Virus record (IMG/VR): IMGVR_UViG_3300012942_000009
Span: 1-48,036 of that record
DNA: 48,036 nt
Source: a virus
Lineage: Duplodnaviria > Caudoviricetes
Direction: 5' to 3' (one strand)
The notes under the pieces are model-generated. The model made no database searches. It saw nothing but the letters and a program-made list of their open reading frames with translations, and was not told the DNA's origin. Positions 37,210 to 44,701 of this stretch are shown here, in pieces (within the stretch, counting starts at the first letter, position 1; each line of letters opens with the position of its first letter). The translations under genes were made by a program, and so were the position numbers.

Positions 37210-37854
37210 CTAGCGCCTCCAGCCGTAATCGAAGCGCGTGCCCGACCAGCCTCCCTTGTCGCTGACCCAGCGGCCGCGGGGCTGGAACTGGGTGCCATCG
37301 TTCATGGCGTCCTTGCTGCGCGCATCTACCAGCAGGCTCTTGCTCTTCTTCTCCAGATAAGCTTTGAGGTCTTTGTCCTGCGAAAGGGCCAGCACTGCAC
37401 GCTGGGCAAGCTCGCAGGCCACCCACTGGCTGAAGGTGGCGGGCCACAGCGCGTAGTTGAGGCCGTATTGTGGGTCCATGCAGATATAGCGCACGTAAAT
37501 CGTCTGGAGGCTGCTGAACCAGAATCCCGCCTCATCACGGTACTGGGTTGCGGTGAGGGGATTGCTGAAGAACTCGTCGCTGGCGATGGCCGCGGTGCGT
37601 ATCCAGTCCTCCGGCTTGTCAAAGGCGTAGCGGAACCCGAAGTCTGGCTCCACCGAAGGTGAGTAATCGGCCTTCACCGTCCGGATGGCGAAGTTCCACA
37701 GGCCCTGCTCCAGAATGAACTTCTCGAACTCGAAGTCCCATATGTCGTCAAGGATGCGCCGTGGCTCGCGGTTTTCCGTAAGACTGGCCAACTTACGCGT
37801 CCCAATGAACTGCGTGAGCGCAGTGTTGTAGATGGAGAGCTTGTCGTTGGCCAT
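37210..37854 (-). CDS. Tail tubular protein A (adaptor/gatekeeper)
   Basis: KLSIYNTAL..IG, WNFA, FRYAFDKPEDWIR. Confidence 0.85.
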   Translation of the reverse strand: MANDKLSIYNTALTQFIGTRKLASLTENREPRRILDDIWDFEFEKFILEQGLWNFAIRTVKADYSPSVEPDFGFRYAFDKPEDWIRTAAIASDEFFSNPLTATQYRDEAGFWFSSLQTIYVRYICMDPQYGLNYALWPATFSQWVACELAQRAVLALSQDKDLKAYLEKKSKSLLVDARSKDAMNDGTQFQPRGRWVSDKGGWSGTRFDYGWRR

Positions 37855-37870
37855 GGCTTACCTTTCCTGT

Positions 37871-38416
37871 TTAGCGGGCGATGGATTGCAGGTGTTCCTG
37901 AAGCCAGCGCGCCGCTTCTTCCTTGGTCTGGAAGTCCTCCTTCAGGAGGGATTTGTCGGCACGGCGCATCACGCCGTACTTGTGGTGGGGGTTGCGCCAC
38001 ACCACGTCGAACTCGGGGTCGCCACCGCTGACTTCGGCGTTGGACTTCAGTTCGATGTAGCGCAGCATCTCGACCTTGGCCCACAGACGTCCGGAATTGA
38101 GCACGATGAACTCGGCGAACCAACTGCCATCGGCGGCAAGCGCCTCGATGCGGTCAAGGGCGCGCAACTTGTTGGACACATCGGCCCAGTAAGAGGGTTC
38201 CAACATATCCTTGGCGGTTACGCCATCTTCCGGCTCGGCAAAATGGATGGCGCGCCGGAACTCGGCGAGGACAAGCTTGGTGATGTTGAGTTTGGGAACG
38301 CGGCGCGTTGGCGCGGCGGCCGCAGGCATTTCCTGCTTCTGATAGACTTCGGCATTAACCACCGGCGCGGGGGCGCGGGTGTTGCCGTTCTTGGGGGTAG
38401 TGGGGGTTGTTGACAT
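37871..38416 (-). CDS. Conserved hypothetical protein in the head-tail region
   Basis: 181-aa ORF with RBS, typical position. Confidence 0.7.
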   Translation of the reverse strand: MSTTPTTPKNGNTRAPAPVVNAEVYQKQEMPAAAAPTRRVPKLNITKLVLAEFRRAIHFAEPEDGVTAKDMLEPSYWADVSNKLRALDRIEALAADGSWFAEFIVLNSGRLWAKVEMLRYIELKSNAEVSGGDPEFDVVWRNPHHKYGVMRRADKSLLKEDFQTKEEAARWLQEHLQSIAR

Positions 38417-38446
38417 GGTCTCTCTCCTGTTTCTCTCTCCTGTTTA

Positions 38447-38485
38447 AGAAAAAGCGCACAGACCGGAGAGAGCGGGTCTGTGCGC
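38447..38485 (-). terminator. Intrinsic terminator after capsid/decoration genes
   Basis: GCGCACAGACC...GGTCTGTGCGC followed on the minus strand by a T tract. Confidence 0.75.
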
Positions 38486-38505
38486 CGTTTTCGTCATCCG
38501 CGCTA

Positions 38506-38784
38506 TTAGGACGCGGCAATGCCGACATCGCTACCGGCGCTGACCGTTACACCATCGGACGCAACAGCGGTCACGATATGGAACGTTACCGCAGCCGGTG
38601 ACGCGTCGGTGTCGGTGACTTCAACGATGTCGTTGACCTTCATGCCGAGGGCCTGACCATTGCTGAAGTATTTGCTGCCAGCCACGGTGCTGGCATTATC
38701 GGTGCTCTGGTAGACCCAGCGTTGGCCCTTGGCCGCGACGCCGTGACGCACCAGAATCGGAGGGTTGGAAGTGGCGTAAGCCAT
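38506..38784 (-). CDS. Putative capsid decoration protein
   Basis: Small beta-rich protein immediately after the major capsid gene. Confidence 0.55.
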   Translation of the reverse strand: MAYATSNPPILVRHGVAAKGQRWVYQSTDNASTVAGSKYFSNGQALGMKVNDIVEVTDTDASPAAVTFHIVTAVASDGVTVSAGSDVGIAAS

Positions 38785-38848
38785 GTTCGTAATCCTTCAG
38801 TTGTTAAGGTTGAGGGTGCGGGCGGCTTGCGCCGCCCTCATCCTTGGC

Positions 38849-39706
38849 TTAGCTCAGGGCGTAGGCCGTATCGTCGTGCTGGATATTCACAACACCGCTG
38901 TTTTGCAGCAGCTTGGACCCCATGAACGCGCTCACACGGCAGTAGCTAAGGTCTTCGCGGCCGTCATAGCCGACGAAGGTGTCGATACCGCCCGTGTTGA
39001 CCGCATGGCCGATGGCATTGCGGTGGAACACGAAGTTCGACGCCGTGCTAGTGCCGATACCGGGCAACAGGTTGCTGGTAATCCACTTAATGCCCATCCA
39101 CTCGACGTAGCCTTCACGGTCGGTGAAACCCCCGTCATTGCCGGGCATCGGCTTGCGGTCCACCCACTGAGAGTTGGTGAATTGTTGCAGGGTCATCAGG
39201 CTCATCATGAAGCCGGGGGTGACCGCAGCGAACAGATTACCGTCGTTGGCCACGGCGTTGTTGCCGAGACCGGCGATGGCGGTCATCACCTTGGCGAGGA
39301 TGGTGGACGCGGTCGCGGCGGTGCCGGTGTCCTGCGTGCCGTTGGCAAGCTCGGCAAGAATGGTCTTGTCGATTTTGCGGTTCATCACCTTCATGCTGGT
39401 CATCTGCATGATGCGCTTCCCATCGCTTTGACTGGCAAAGATGTTGAAGCTGGTGCGTTCCGGGCGGTCGTGCCACTCGGTCAGCGTGCAGGTGTTCTGC
39501 GTGAGGTTGTCGGGGCGGCCCGGAATGTAGCCGTTCACGCCACGGGTCACGGCTTCGGCGCCACCGGAATCGGCGACGAGGAAGACAGCTTGGTTGCCCT
39601 TGATAACGGCCTCGGTCGTTACGGCGTTACGCAGCAACGAAGAGCCCGCTTCAAAACCGGCGATGAACTCCTGCCGGTACTGGGTCTGAAATGCAGTGTC
39701 TGACAT
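38849..39706 (-). CDS. Major capsid protein
   Basis: AFQTQYRQEFIAGFE...SLLR..V, MNRKIDKTIL, FHRNAIGHA, MGSKLLQNSGVV. Confidence 0.85.
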   Translation of the reverse strand: MSDTAFQTQYRQEFIAGFEAGSSLLRNAVTTEAVIKGNQAVFLVADSGGAEAVTRGVNGYIPGRPDNLTQNTCTLTEWHDRPERTSFNIFASQSDGKRIMQMTSMKVMNRKIDKTILAELANGTQDTGTAATASTILAKVMTAIAGLGNNAVANDGNLFAAVTPGFMMSLMTLQQFTNSQWVDRKPMPGNDGGFTDREGYVEWMGIKWITSNLLPGIGTSTASNFVFHRNAIGHAVNTGGIDTFVGYDGREDLSYCRVSAFMGSKLLQNSGVVNIQHDDTAYALS

Positions 39707-39899
39707 CTCAATATACTCCATTGGTTACGGTTTGTTACCGCAGCGTGGGGTAGTCCGCAGGGATGGAGTGGTAGGCAGGTAGGCCGCTTGCGCGGGGCTG
39801 CCACTTACACTGTTGGCGCGGGGCCGTTGCATGTAGGTGGTTGTGCCTCGGTCATGGGGTTGGCGGAACCGCCAAGTAAGCCATGACCTTGTTAATTCG

Positions 39900-39940
39900 A
39901 CAGTACGGAGTTCGAAAAGGAGGCGTCAAGCGCCTCCTTG
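39900..39940 (-). promoter_or_regulatory. Intrinsic terminator after the scaffold gene overlapping a putative capsid-gene promoter
   Basis: Minus strand AAGGAGGCG-CTTGA-CGCCTCCTTTT; TTGACG-N18-TACTGT starts in the hairpin loop. Confidence 0.55.
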
Positions 39941-39964
39941 GTTAAATGCCTAATCTTACGGCAT

Positions 39965-40930
39965 TTAACGCGCACGCTCCTTGGCTTCGAGCAGTTGCTG
40001 GTAGCGCGCCTGCATCTTGGTGCGTCCCTGCGCATCCTTCGGACCCCGCCAGTATTCGCTGTGCTGGTTGCCCATTTCCTTCTGGATGGTTTCGATTTCG
40101 GTCTCCATGGCCTGTTGGGCGTTGGAACCGGAACCGGGCATCACCGTGGCCACCGGGTTGAGTTGGGTGGCAAGCTGGCTCAGCGTGCGCACCACCTCTG
40201 GGTTGGTACGCAGCAGGTTGCCCTCGCCGTCGCGGGCGGTGAGCAGCGCGGTCTTGAAGCCTTCCGGCAGCGTGTCGAGCAGGGCGGTGGCGCCGTTGAG
40301 GTTGGCGCGGTACTCATTGCCCCATTCGCTGCGCAGCTTGTCTTCGCTCTCAACGCGGTGTTGCTCATCGCGCTCAAACTGCTGTTCCTGTGCCTGCTGC
40401 ACGTTCTGGGCATAGGCGGCGAGCGCCTGCTTGACGAAGCCCTGCGGCGCGTTGATGGCGTGCATCTGTTGCAGGAATCCGTCGATGTAGGGCTTCTGGT
40501 CGTCGCCCAGAACCAAGCCTCCGTCGAGAGTCACATCGTAATCCTCTGCCTTATCGGGGATGCCGTTTTCCTTGCGGTAGACGGCCAGTTCCTCCGGCGT
40601 GGGATTCTCGCCAAGGCCCTTCTTGTAATCGCCACTGCTCAGTTTCTGGCGGGTGGCGAGCAATGCCTCGGCCACGGCCTTGGGGCTGCTGAAGCGCGCC
40701 AGCACGTTCTTGAGCTTGTCGTTGCCGTCACCCATCATGTCGCGCCACGTTTCCGGCCATGCGCCGGGGGTAGCCGCGGGAGGCGTGCCGTCGCCATCAC
40801 CAGCATCATCGAGCAGCGCAGGCTCGGCGGCAGGTGCCGGGTTGTTGTCACCCGCACCGGCATCAGCGGCCGGTGCGGGATTAGGGGCGCCCTCTGCGGG
40901 CGGTGTCGGGTTATTCGGTTCGTCAGCCAT
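39965..40930 (-). CDS. Capsid scaffolding protein
   Basis: Pro/Ala/acidic N-terminus, LRSEWGNEY, position between portal and capsid. Confidence 0.8.
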   Translation of the reverse strand: MADEPNNPTPPAEGAPNPAPAADAGAGDNNPAPAAEPALLDDAGDGDGTPPAATPGAWPETWRDMMGDGNDKLKNVLARFSSPKAVAEALLATRQKLSSGDYKKGLGENPTPEELAVYRKENGIPDKAEDYDVTLDGGLVLGDDQKPYIDGFLQQMHAINAPQGFVKQALAAYAQNVQQAQEQQFERDEQHRVESEDKLRSEWGNEYRANLNGATALLDTLPEGFKTALLTARDGEGNLLRTNPEVVRTLSQLATQLNPVATVMPGSGSNAQQAMETEIETIQKEMGNQHSEYWRGPKDAQGRTKMQARYQQLLEAKERAR

Positions 40931-41219
40931 TTTCTCTCTCCTGTAGTTTGGCGATGTCCACCAGCAGCAGCTTGCGTACTTGCGACGCAACGAAGCGGCG
41001 GCCACCCATAAATGCACTTTCCCGGTCACCGTCCGGCCCAGTGCGAAACTCCATATCGTTGAACATGCAGGCGCGGTGCATCAGCCACGCCATGAAGCGC
41101 TGCTGTTGGTCGGCGGTGGCCTCGCCCCGCTCCAGCGCCTGTGCGGCCGAGGCATCGGCCAGCGCCCATTCCACCGGCGTAAGCACGGAGGGCAGCGTGA
41201 TGTCCTTGGTCTTGGGCAT
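40923..41219 (-). CDS. Small conserved protein (Bbp19-like)
   Basis: RESAFMGGRRFVASQV motif; follows the portal gene. Confidence 0.65.
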   Translation of the reverse strand: MPKTKDITLPSVLTPVEWALADASAAQALERGEATADQQQRFMAWLMHRACMFNDMEFRTGPDGDRESAFMGGRRFVASQVRKLLLVDIAKLQERENG

Positions 41220-41220
41220 G

Positions 41221-42942
41221 CTACATCACCTGCGGATTTTGCATCTTCACCAGAGACTGACCGGCATCGCCGACCATCTGCGCGGTTTGCGCGCCCTGCT
41301 GAAGCTGTGCCAGCATCTGCTGCTCCTGCTGCTGCTGGGCCTGCTGCGCTTCAATCTGCTTCATGTCATCATCGCTGCGCATCCACTTGGCGGGGATGAT
41401 GTTGTTGAGGCTGTCGCGCAGGGCGGCGCGCACATCGACAATCTGCGCCGCGCCGGGGTCGGCCGAGGCAGCCTGCGCCACCAGTTGCACGGCTTCGAGG
41501 AACTTCTGGCCCTTGGCACGCTCGCTGGTTTCGGTCAGCGGGTTGGTGAACTTGAAGCGCACGTTCTTGCCGCGCAGCGCAGGCGGAATCATCCCGTAGC
41601 TGCCGAAGGCACCCTCGCGCATCATCAGGTCGAAGGTCACGTCGCAGACGCGGGTGTTGTATTCCTGCTCGGCGGGCTCGAAAATCGGCAGCGCCTGCCG
41701 TACGTACTCCTGCACACGCTGGCCCACTTCAAAGGCGGTCATGTTCTGCTCAATCGGCGGAAGCTGGATTTTGTTGATGAAGAACGCTTCCTTCAGCGTC
41801 TGCACCAGTTGCTGCTGGAGGGCCACGCCGAAGTTGAGGTTGCCCGCTGCCGACTGGGTGAGGGGACGCAGCACCTCACCAAGGCGCTCGTCGTATTCGG
41901 AATCCACGGCAGTGAAGCCACCGGCACGGATGTCGAGGTCTCCGCGCAGGGCTTCAGCCACACCAATCAGCGGCGGGTTCACGGCTTTCTCACCGGCTTC
42001 CAGCAAGGTGAGGGTCACACTCTGCATCAGGCGCGCCTCCGGCAGTGCAATCGTGGTGGCGGGGCTGAAGCTGTATTGGCTGCCGCTCACGGTCTGCCAA
42101 CGCGGAATGACGTAGGTGAAGACCCACTGGGGGGTGGCTTCCATGATGTGCTGGTTGTCCACGTCGATATAGATGGACACGAACGGCGCATCCCGGCGCC
42201 CGGCGCGGGTCAACTTGCCCAACCCGAAACGGTCCTTCTCATCATCGGAGAAATCGTACATGTCTGCGGGAATGAGCATGTGGCGGCAGTTGATTTCGGT
42301 GTAGGCGTTCTTGCCGTCATTCTCGTTGAGAAGCTTGAGCACCTTGGCATGCACACGCGAGGCACCAAAGACATTCACCAGTTCGCGGGCGGTGGGTTTC
42401 CACTTGCGGTGAACCGTGTCGATTTCTCCGTAGGCATTTTCGCACCACGCCACATCGCGCAAGTGCCAGCAGCGGTAGAGCATGGTATTGTCGCGGCGGT
42501 TGACCTCGACGCTGAGGACCGCCTGTCCGAAGGCGGCGAAGTCGTGGTCGGCTTCCTTGGTGGCGCGCACGAACTGGCTCTTGCGGTCATACATGGCACG
42601 GCGCATCACGCCACTCATCCACTGAAGCCAGCGCAAACTGTCGTTATCGGCGTCCTGAATCTCGTTATTGGCATCGTCTTCGGCGCGGCCCTCGAACCAT
42701 ATCTCATCGGAAGGCCGCAGCATGGTGGAGAAGGTATTGCCCAAGTCGCGGCGCACCATCGGCGGAATCGAGGTCATCAGGTTGGCGGCGAAGTCCACGC
42801 CAAGGTTGCGGGTCACAGTGAAGTCGGCACGCTCGACATAGAAGTTCTCGGCAATCTCCTGCCACAGGCTCATCAGCGTAATGCGCTTGCTGAACAGATG
42901 GTCGCCCTGTTGGATGAGACTCTTGACGCGTGTGTCGGCCAT
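41221..42942 (-). CDS. Portal protein (head-tail connector)
   Basis: WQEIAENF, PRW...SG..Y..SP, AGEKAVNPP, MTAFEVGQR. Confidence 0.92.
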   Translation of the reverse strand: MADTRVKSLIQQGDHLFSKRITLMSLWQEIAENFYVERADFTVTRNLGVDFAANLMTSIPPMVRRDLGNTFSTMLRPSDEIWFEGRAEDDANNEIQDADNDSLRWLQWMSGVMRRAMYDRKSQFVRATKEADHDFAAFGQAVLSVEVNRRDNTMLYRCWHLRDVAWCENAYGEIDTVHRKWKPTARELVNVFGASRVHAKVLKLLNENDGKNAYTEINCRHMLIPADMYDFSDDEKDRFGLGKLTRAGRRDAPFVSIYIDVDNQHIMEATPQWVFTYVIPRWQTVSGSQYSFSPATTIALPEARLMQSVTLTLLEAGEKAVNPPLIGVAEALRGDLDIRAGGFTAVDSEYDERLGEVLRPLTQSAAGNLNFGVALQQQLVQTLKEAFFINKIQLPPIEQNMTAFEVGQRVQEYVRQALPIFEPAEQEYNTRVCDVTFDLMMREGAFGSYGMIPPALRGKNVRFKFTNPLTETSERAKGQKFLEAVQLVAQAASADPGAAQIVDVRAALRDSLNNIIPAKWMRSDDDMKQIEAQQAQQQQEQQMLAQLQQGAQTAQMVGDAGQSLVKMQNPQVM

Positions 42943-42959
42943 GCGGCGGTTCCTGTATC

Positions 42960-43199
42960 CTAACCGCCGAGCTTATTCGAGCCGGTGGTATCACCGGTCG
43001 AGAGCATGGTACTGGCGCGACCGCTGCGGTTTTGGAGGGCCGCGGCAGCACGCTTGCGGGCAGCCATCAGAGCAACATCATCCTGCGCAGGTGCCACGGG
43101 AGCGGCTGGAGTCGGCGCGGGTGTGGGCGCCTGTGGGGTCTTCAGGAGACCGCTGAGCAAGCCTCCTACAATCGGAACATTCTTAATCAAACCGCTCAT
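42960..43199 (-). CDS. Small virion protein (T7 gp7.3-like position)
   Basis: Pro/Ala-rich, ends GRASTMLSTG...KLGG; GGAGG RBS. Confidence 0.7.
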   Translation of the reverse strand: MSGLIKNVPIVGGLLSGLLKTPQAPTPAPTPAAPVAPAQDDVALMAARKRAAAALQNRSGRASTMLSTGDTTGSNKLGG

Positions 43200-43418
43200 G
43201 TAATAACCTCCTATATCTTGTGTTCACAGTAGGATAAGCGCGTTGTTTCAACAATCGCCGTGAGGGCCACCCGTCGTCTTCCGTGCATGGTTTCGCAGCA
43301 CAAGGCAGGCCATCGTGCATTTGTGTTCAGGTTTTGCACAAATGAGTTGACGAAAATGCGGCCTTCCTTCAGCTTGGTGATGCGTGGTGTCGGCCTCGGT
43401 TAATCTCACCACGCATGT

Positions 43419-43493
43419 TGCGCGGTAGTGGAAGGGTCACCACGTCAGGCTCATAACCTGAAGCAGGCGGTTCGAGTCCGCCCTGCGCTACCA
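43419..43493 (+). tRNA. tRNA-fMet (CAU), initiator-like
   Basis: 1:72 mismatch (U:U), TCAGG-CTCATAA-CCTGA anticodon arm (alphaproteobacterial initiator type), T arm GGCGG-TTCGAGT-CCGCC, ACCA end. Confidence 0.88.
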
Positions 43494-43680
43494 GAGTTTC
43501 TGTGCCAGCCCCAATCCTTTCATCTCGGGGGCGATTTGAGGTACGGGCGCGCCAAGATGCACAGGAAGCGCCCAAGGTTTCCGAGCAAAGTACCGGAACG
43601 GCAAAGTAACCCACGGGCCAAACGCCAAAGTAGGGAAACGCGACGAAAGACGTGCTCCCGGCCATACGGGAGAGCCAAAA

Positions 43681-43756
43681 CTGGGAATAGGGAAGCCGGT
43701 ATCCCGCCTGCCTTGGGCGCAGGAGACCGCTGGTTCGAGTCCAGCTTCCCAGACCA
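43681..43756 (+). tRNA. tRNA-Pro (UGG)
   Basis: C1-G72, A73, CCTGC-CTTGGGC-GCAGG, encoded CCA. Confidence 0.92.
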
Positions 43757-43757
43757 A

Positions 43758-43833
43758 GCGGCCTTAGCCCAGTGGTAGAGGCGCATCGTTGTCAACGATG
43801 ATGTCGTGGGTTCAAGTCCCACAGGCCGCGCCA
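43758..43833 (+). tRNA. tRNA-Asp (GUC)
   Basis: CATCG-TTGTCAA-CGATG, G73, encoded CCA. Confidence 0.92.
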
Positions 43834-43862
43834 GTTTCGCCAATAAGCAGAAAGAACCTCCC

Positions 43863-44360
43863 ATGTCCCTCATCCACCGCTACCTCAAAGGCATTGCTGG
43901 CCGCTACTTCGGCTTCTACGATGCCATCGAGAAAAACACCATCCGCATCTGCCGCCTTGAACATGACATCGACACCATGCACGCCTACTACATGGGCAAA
44001 TACCGCGAACTGGAGCGCGAGGTGGTGGGCAGCCGCAACGCGCCCATGGAAATTAAGGTCTACAACACGCAGCCCGGCCGCGAACACACCTTCGCCATCG
44101 CGCACTGTGCCATGTCGGATATGGATATGTGTGCCAAGCCAGCCGTCCACGCCCAACACGAAACCATCGTCATGGCCGACCTGCGCATAGGCTTCATCAT
44201 CGACCCGGAGAACAGGCGGGGCGATGAAGCCACCGTTCATCAGGTTGCTGTGGCGTTCGCGCGCAAGGCTGCTGACCTCGCCTACGACGAAACGATGAAG
44301 CGGTATGGCCACCGGCTTGAACCGTTTTACAATTCCGCTGGACAGCAGCGGGCACGTTAG
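43863..44360 (+). CDS. Hypothetical protein between the tRNA clusters
   Basis: 165-aa ORF with phage-like codon usage. Confidence 0.6.
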   Translation: MSLIHRYLKGIAGRYFGFYDAIEKNTIRICRLEHDIDTMHAYYMGKYRELEREVVGSRNAPMEIKVYNTQPGREHTFAIAHCAMSDMDMCAKPAVHAQHETIVMADLRIGFIIDPENRRGDEATVHQVAVAFARKAADLAYDETMKRYGHRLEPFYNSAGQQRAR

Positions 44361-44453
44361 CTAAGGTGCTTCCATGCAAAGCCTGCGCGCCCGCATCTTC
44401 TTCTATTTCTGGCGTTAAGCCAGATATTCTCACGTCTCCATCGCTATACGACC

Positions 44454-44532
44454 GCCAAGGTAGCTCAGTTTAATGGTAGAGCACTGCGTTGAAGCCGCAG
44501 CCGCATGGGTTCGAGCCCCATCCTTGGCACCA
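44454..44532 (+). tRNA. tRNA-Phe (GAA)
   Basis: GCCAAGG/CCTTGGC acceptor, CTGCG-TTGAAGC-CGCAG, ACCA. Confidence 0.9.
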
Positions 44533-44533
44533 A

Positions 44534-44622
44534 GGGTGCTGTTCCCGTAGGCTGCCTGTAAAGCAGTTGGCCCTAAATCCGCGGGCGGATGCCGCGTGGT
44601 TCGACTCCACCAGCACTCACCA
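44534..44622 (+). tRNA. Atypical tRNA-Tyr (GUA) lacking a D arm, with a 27-nt variable region
   Basis: GGGTGCT/AGCACTC acceptor, A73-CCA, GCTGC-CTGTAAA-GCAGT, T loop TTCGACT; only 10 nt between acceptor and anticodon stems. Confidence 0.75.
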
Positions 44623-44625
44623 TTC

Positions 44626-44699
44626 AGGGGTATCGTCTAATGGTAAGACAGCAGCTTCCAAACCTGCTGACGGAGGTTCGATTCCTTCTGCCCCTGCCA
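44626..44699 (+). tRNA. tRNA-Trp (CCA)
   Basis: AGGGGTA/TGCCCCT, G73, anticodon loop TTCCAAA with C31:C39 mismatch, CCA. Confidence 0.88.
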
Positions 44700-44701
44700 C
44701 T

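Noticed and set aside
21346-42963. Long plus-strand ORFs (21346..23436, 25260..26858, 28131..30590, 40903..42963) and minus-strand 14558..15910
   Set aside because: Antisense shadows of well-supported genes in GC-rich DNA; no recognisable motifs
43419-44699. Stop-codon recoding via suppressor tRNAs
   Set aside because: No CUA, UUA or UCA anticodons; long genes are intact under the standard code
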